Part shown: positions 62,101 through 64,000 of the stretch, in pieces | Position numbering within the stretch: the stretch's first letter is position 1 | How the letters are laid out: each line of letters opens with the position of its first letter | The notes under the pieces: model-generated | The model's database searches: none | The model's input: the letters and a program-made list of their open reading frames with translations, nothing else | Told to the model about the DNA's origin: nothing | Made by a program: the position numbers and the translations under genes | Assembly (NCBI GenBank): GCA_002269645.1 | Contig: NIVC01000187.1 | Coordinates: 8,178 to 72,177, forward strand | DNA length: 64,000 bases | Reading direction: 5' to 3' | Source of the DNA: Macrostomum lignano | Lineage: Eukaryota

Positions 62101-64000
62101 GAAGAGACAGAGAGGGGAGAGAGATGGGAAGAGACAGAGAGAGGGGAGAGATGGGAAGAGACAGAGAGAGGGGAGAGATGGGAAGAGACAGAGAGAGGGG
62201 AGGGATGGGAAGAGACAGAGAGAGGGGAGAGAGATGGGAAGAGACAGAGAGGGGAGAGAGAGATGGGAAGAGACAGAGAGAGGGGAGAGATGGGAAGAGA
62301 CAGAGAGGGGAGAGAGATGGGAAGAGACAGAGAGAGGGGAGAGAGATGGGAAGAGACAGAGAGAGGGGAGAGAGATGGGAAGAGACAGAGAGAGGGGAGA
62401 GAGATGGGAAGAGACAGAGAGAGGGGAGGGATGGGAAGAGACAAGAGAGGGGGAGAGATGGGAAGAGACAGAGAGAGGGGAGAGATGGGAAGAGACAGAG
62501 AGAGGGGAGAGAGATGGGAAGAGACAGAGAGAGGGGAGAGATGGGAAGAGACAGAGAGAGGGGAGAGAGATGGGAAGAGACAGAGAGAGGGGAGAGATGG
62601 GAAGAGACAGAGAGAGGGGAGAGAGATGGGAAGAGACAGAGAGGGGGAGGGATGGAAGAGACAGAGAGAGGGGAGGGATGGGAAGAGACAGAGAGGGGGA
62701 GAGATGGGAAGAGACAGAGAGAGGGAGAGAGATGGGAAGAGACAGAGAGGGGGAGAGAGATGAAAGAGAGAGAGGGGAGAGAGATGGGAAGAGACAGAGA
62801 GAGGGAGAGATGGGAAGAGACAGAGAGAGGGGAGAGATGGGAAGAGACAGAAAGGGGGAGAGAGATGGGAAGAGACAGAGAGAGGGGAGAGAGATGGGAA
62901 GAGACAGAGAGGGGAGAGAGAGATGGGAAGAGACAGAGAGGGGAGAGAGATGGGAAGAGAAGAGAGAGGGAGAGATGGAAGAGACAGAGAAAGGGGGGGA
63001 GAGATGGGAAGAGACAGAGAGAGGGGAGGGATGGGAAGAGACAGGGAGAGGGGGGGATGGGAAGAGACAGAGAGAGGGGAGAGATGGGAAGAGACAGAGA
63101 GAGGGAGAGAGATGGGAAGAGACAGAGAGAGGGGAGAGATGGGAAGAGAAGAGAGGGGGAGAGAGATGGGAAGAGACAGAGAGAGGGGAGAGAGATGGGA
63201 AGAGACAGAGAGGGGGGAGGGATGGAAAGAGACAGAGAGAGGGGAGAGAGATGGGAAGAGACAGAGAGGGGAGAGAGATGGGAAGAGACAGAGAGGGGAG
63301 AGAGATGGGAAGAGACAGAGAGAGGGGAGAGATGGGAAGAGACAGAGAGAGGGAGGGGAGAGAGAGAAGAGATGGGAAGAGACAGAGGGAGAGAGATGGG
63401 AAGAGACAGAGAGAGGGGAGAGATGGGAAGAGCAGACAGAGAGAGGGGAGAGATGGAAGAGACAGAGAGAGGGAGAGATGGAAGAGACAGAGAGAGGGGG
63501 AGAGAGATGGGAAGAGACAGACAGAGAGAGGGGAGAGAGATGGAAGAGACAGAGAGGGGAGAGATGGAGAGAGATGGAAGAGCAGAGAGGGGGGAGGGAT
63601 GGAAGAGACAGAGAGAGAGGGAGAGAGATGGGAAGAGACGAGAGAGGGGAGAGAGAGGGAAGAGACAGAGAGGGAGAGAGATGGGAAGAGACGAGAGAGG
63701 GGAGAGATGGGAAGAGAGAGAGAGGGGAGAGATGGGAAGAGACAGAGAGAGGGAGAGATGGGAAAGACAGAGAGGAGGGGAAGAGATGGAAGAGACAGAG
63801 AGAGGGGAGAGAGATGGAAGAGACAGAGAGAGGGAGAGAGAGATGGGAAGAGACAGAGAGAGGGAGAGAGAGATGGAAGACAGAGAGAGGGGAGAGATGG
63901 AAGAGACAGAGAGAGGGAGAGATGGGAAGAGACAGAGAGAGGGGAGAGAGATGGGAAGAGACAGAGAGAGGGGAGAGATGGGAAGAGACAGAGAGAGGGG
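59125..64000. repeat. ~25-29-bp purine-rich minisatellite (GATGGGAAGAGACAGAGAGAGGGGAGAGA)n, runs off the right edge
   Basis: Read directly. Source of the two >1100-aa spurious ORFs. Confidence 0.97.

Noticed and set aside
59094-62763. Two ORFs of more than 1100 aa on opposite strands
   Set aside because: Translations of a stop-free purine/pyrimidine minisatellite, with no domain content or splice context.

Overview
Eukaryotic (metazoan) genomic DNA: GC-rich spliced exons embedded in AT-rich and minisatellite-filled introns. The style suggests a flatworm such as Macrostomum, but that is inference and not proven from this window. Genes I can reconstruct with canonical GT-AG introns: a small Ly6/three-finger-like GPI-anchored protein (2.6-3.2 kb), axonemal dynein intermediate chain DNAI2 (6 exons, 10.8-18.0 kb), a group II-like metabotropic glutamate receptor (5 exons, 22.5-41.5 kb), a DXD/GT32-type glycosyltransferase (46.6-48.3 kb), a fibrinogen-domain gene with a frameshift (50.9-52.0 kb), an unidentified minus-strand exon (52.5-52.9 kb) and one PIG-W/GWT1-like exon (54.7-55.2 kb). 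About 30 different tandem arrays fill introns and intergenic space, and they generate most of the long ORFs in the track, which are spurious. Mobile elements: a LINE RNase H remnant, a 4.16-kb CACTA-like TIR element carrying a spliced DUF4806/BEN-like gene with a nested MITE, a tRNA-head CORE-like SINE, a TTAA-flanked deleted Crypton-like element and a TA-flanked mariner-like MITE. The two most unusual objects are both in mGluR intron 1. One is a 298-bp MITE (14-bp TIR, 8-bp TSD) carrying a 64-nt copy of the 28S rRNA R2/I-PpoI target region with the cut site itself scrambled. The other is a 94-bp-arm perfect palindrome holding two mirror-image minimal hammerhead ribozymes (Penelope-like), flanked by an 11-bp TSD.
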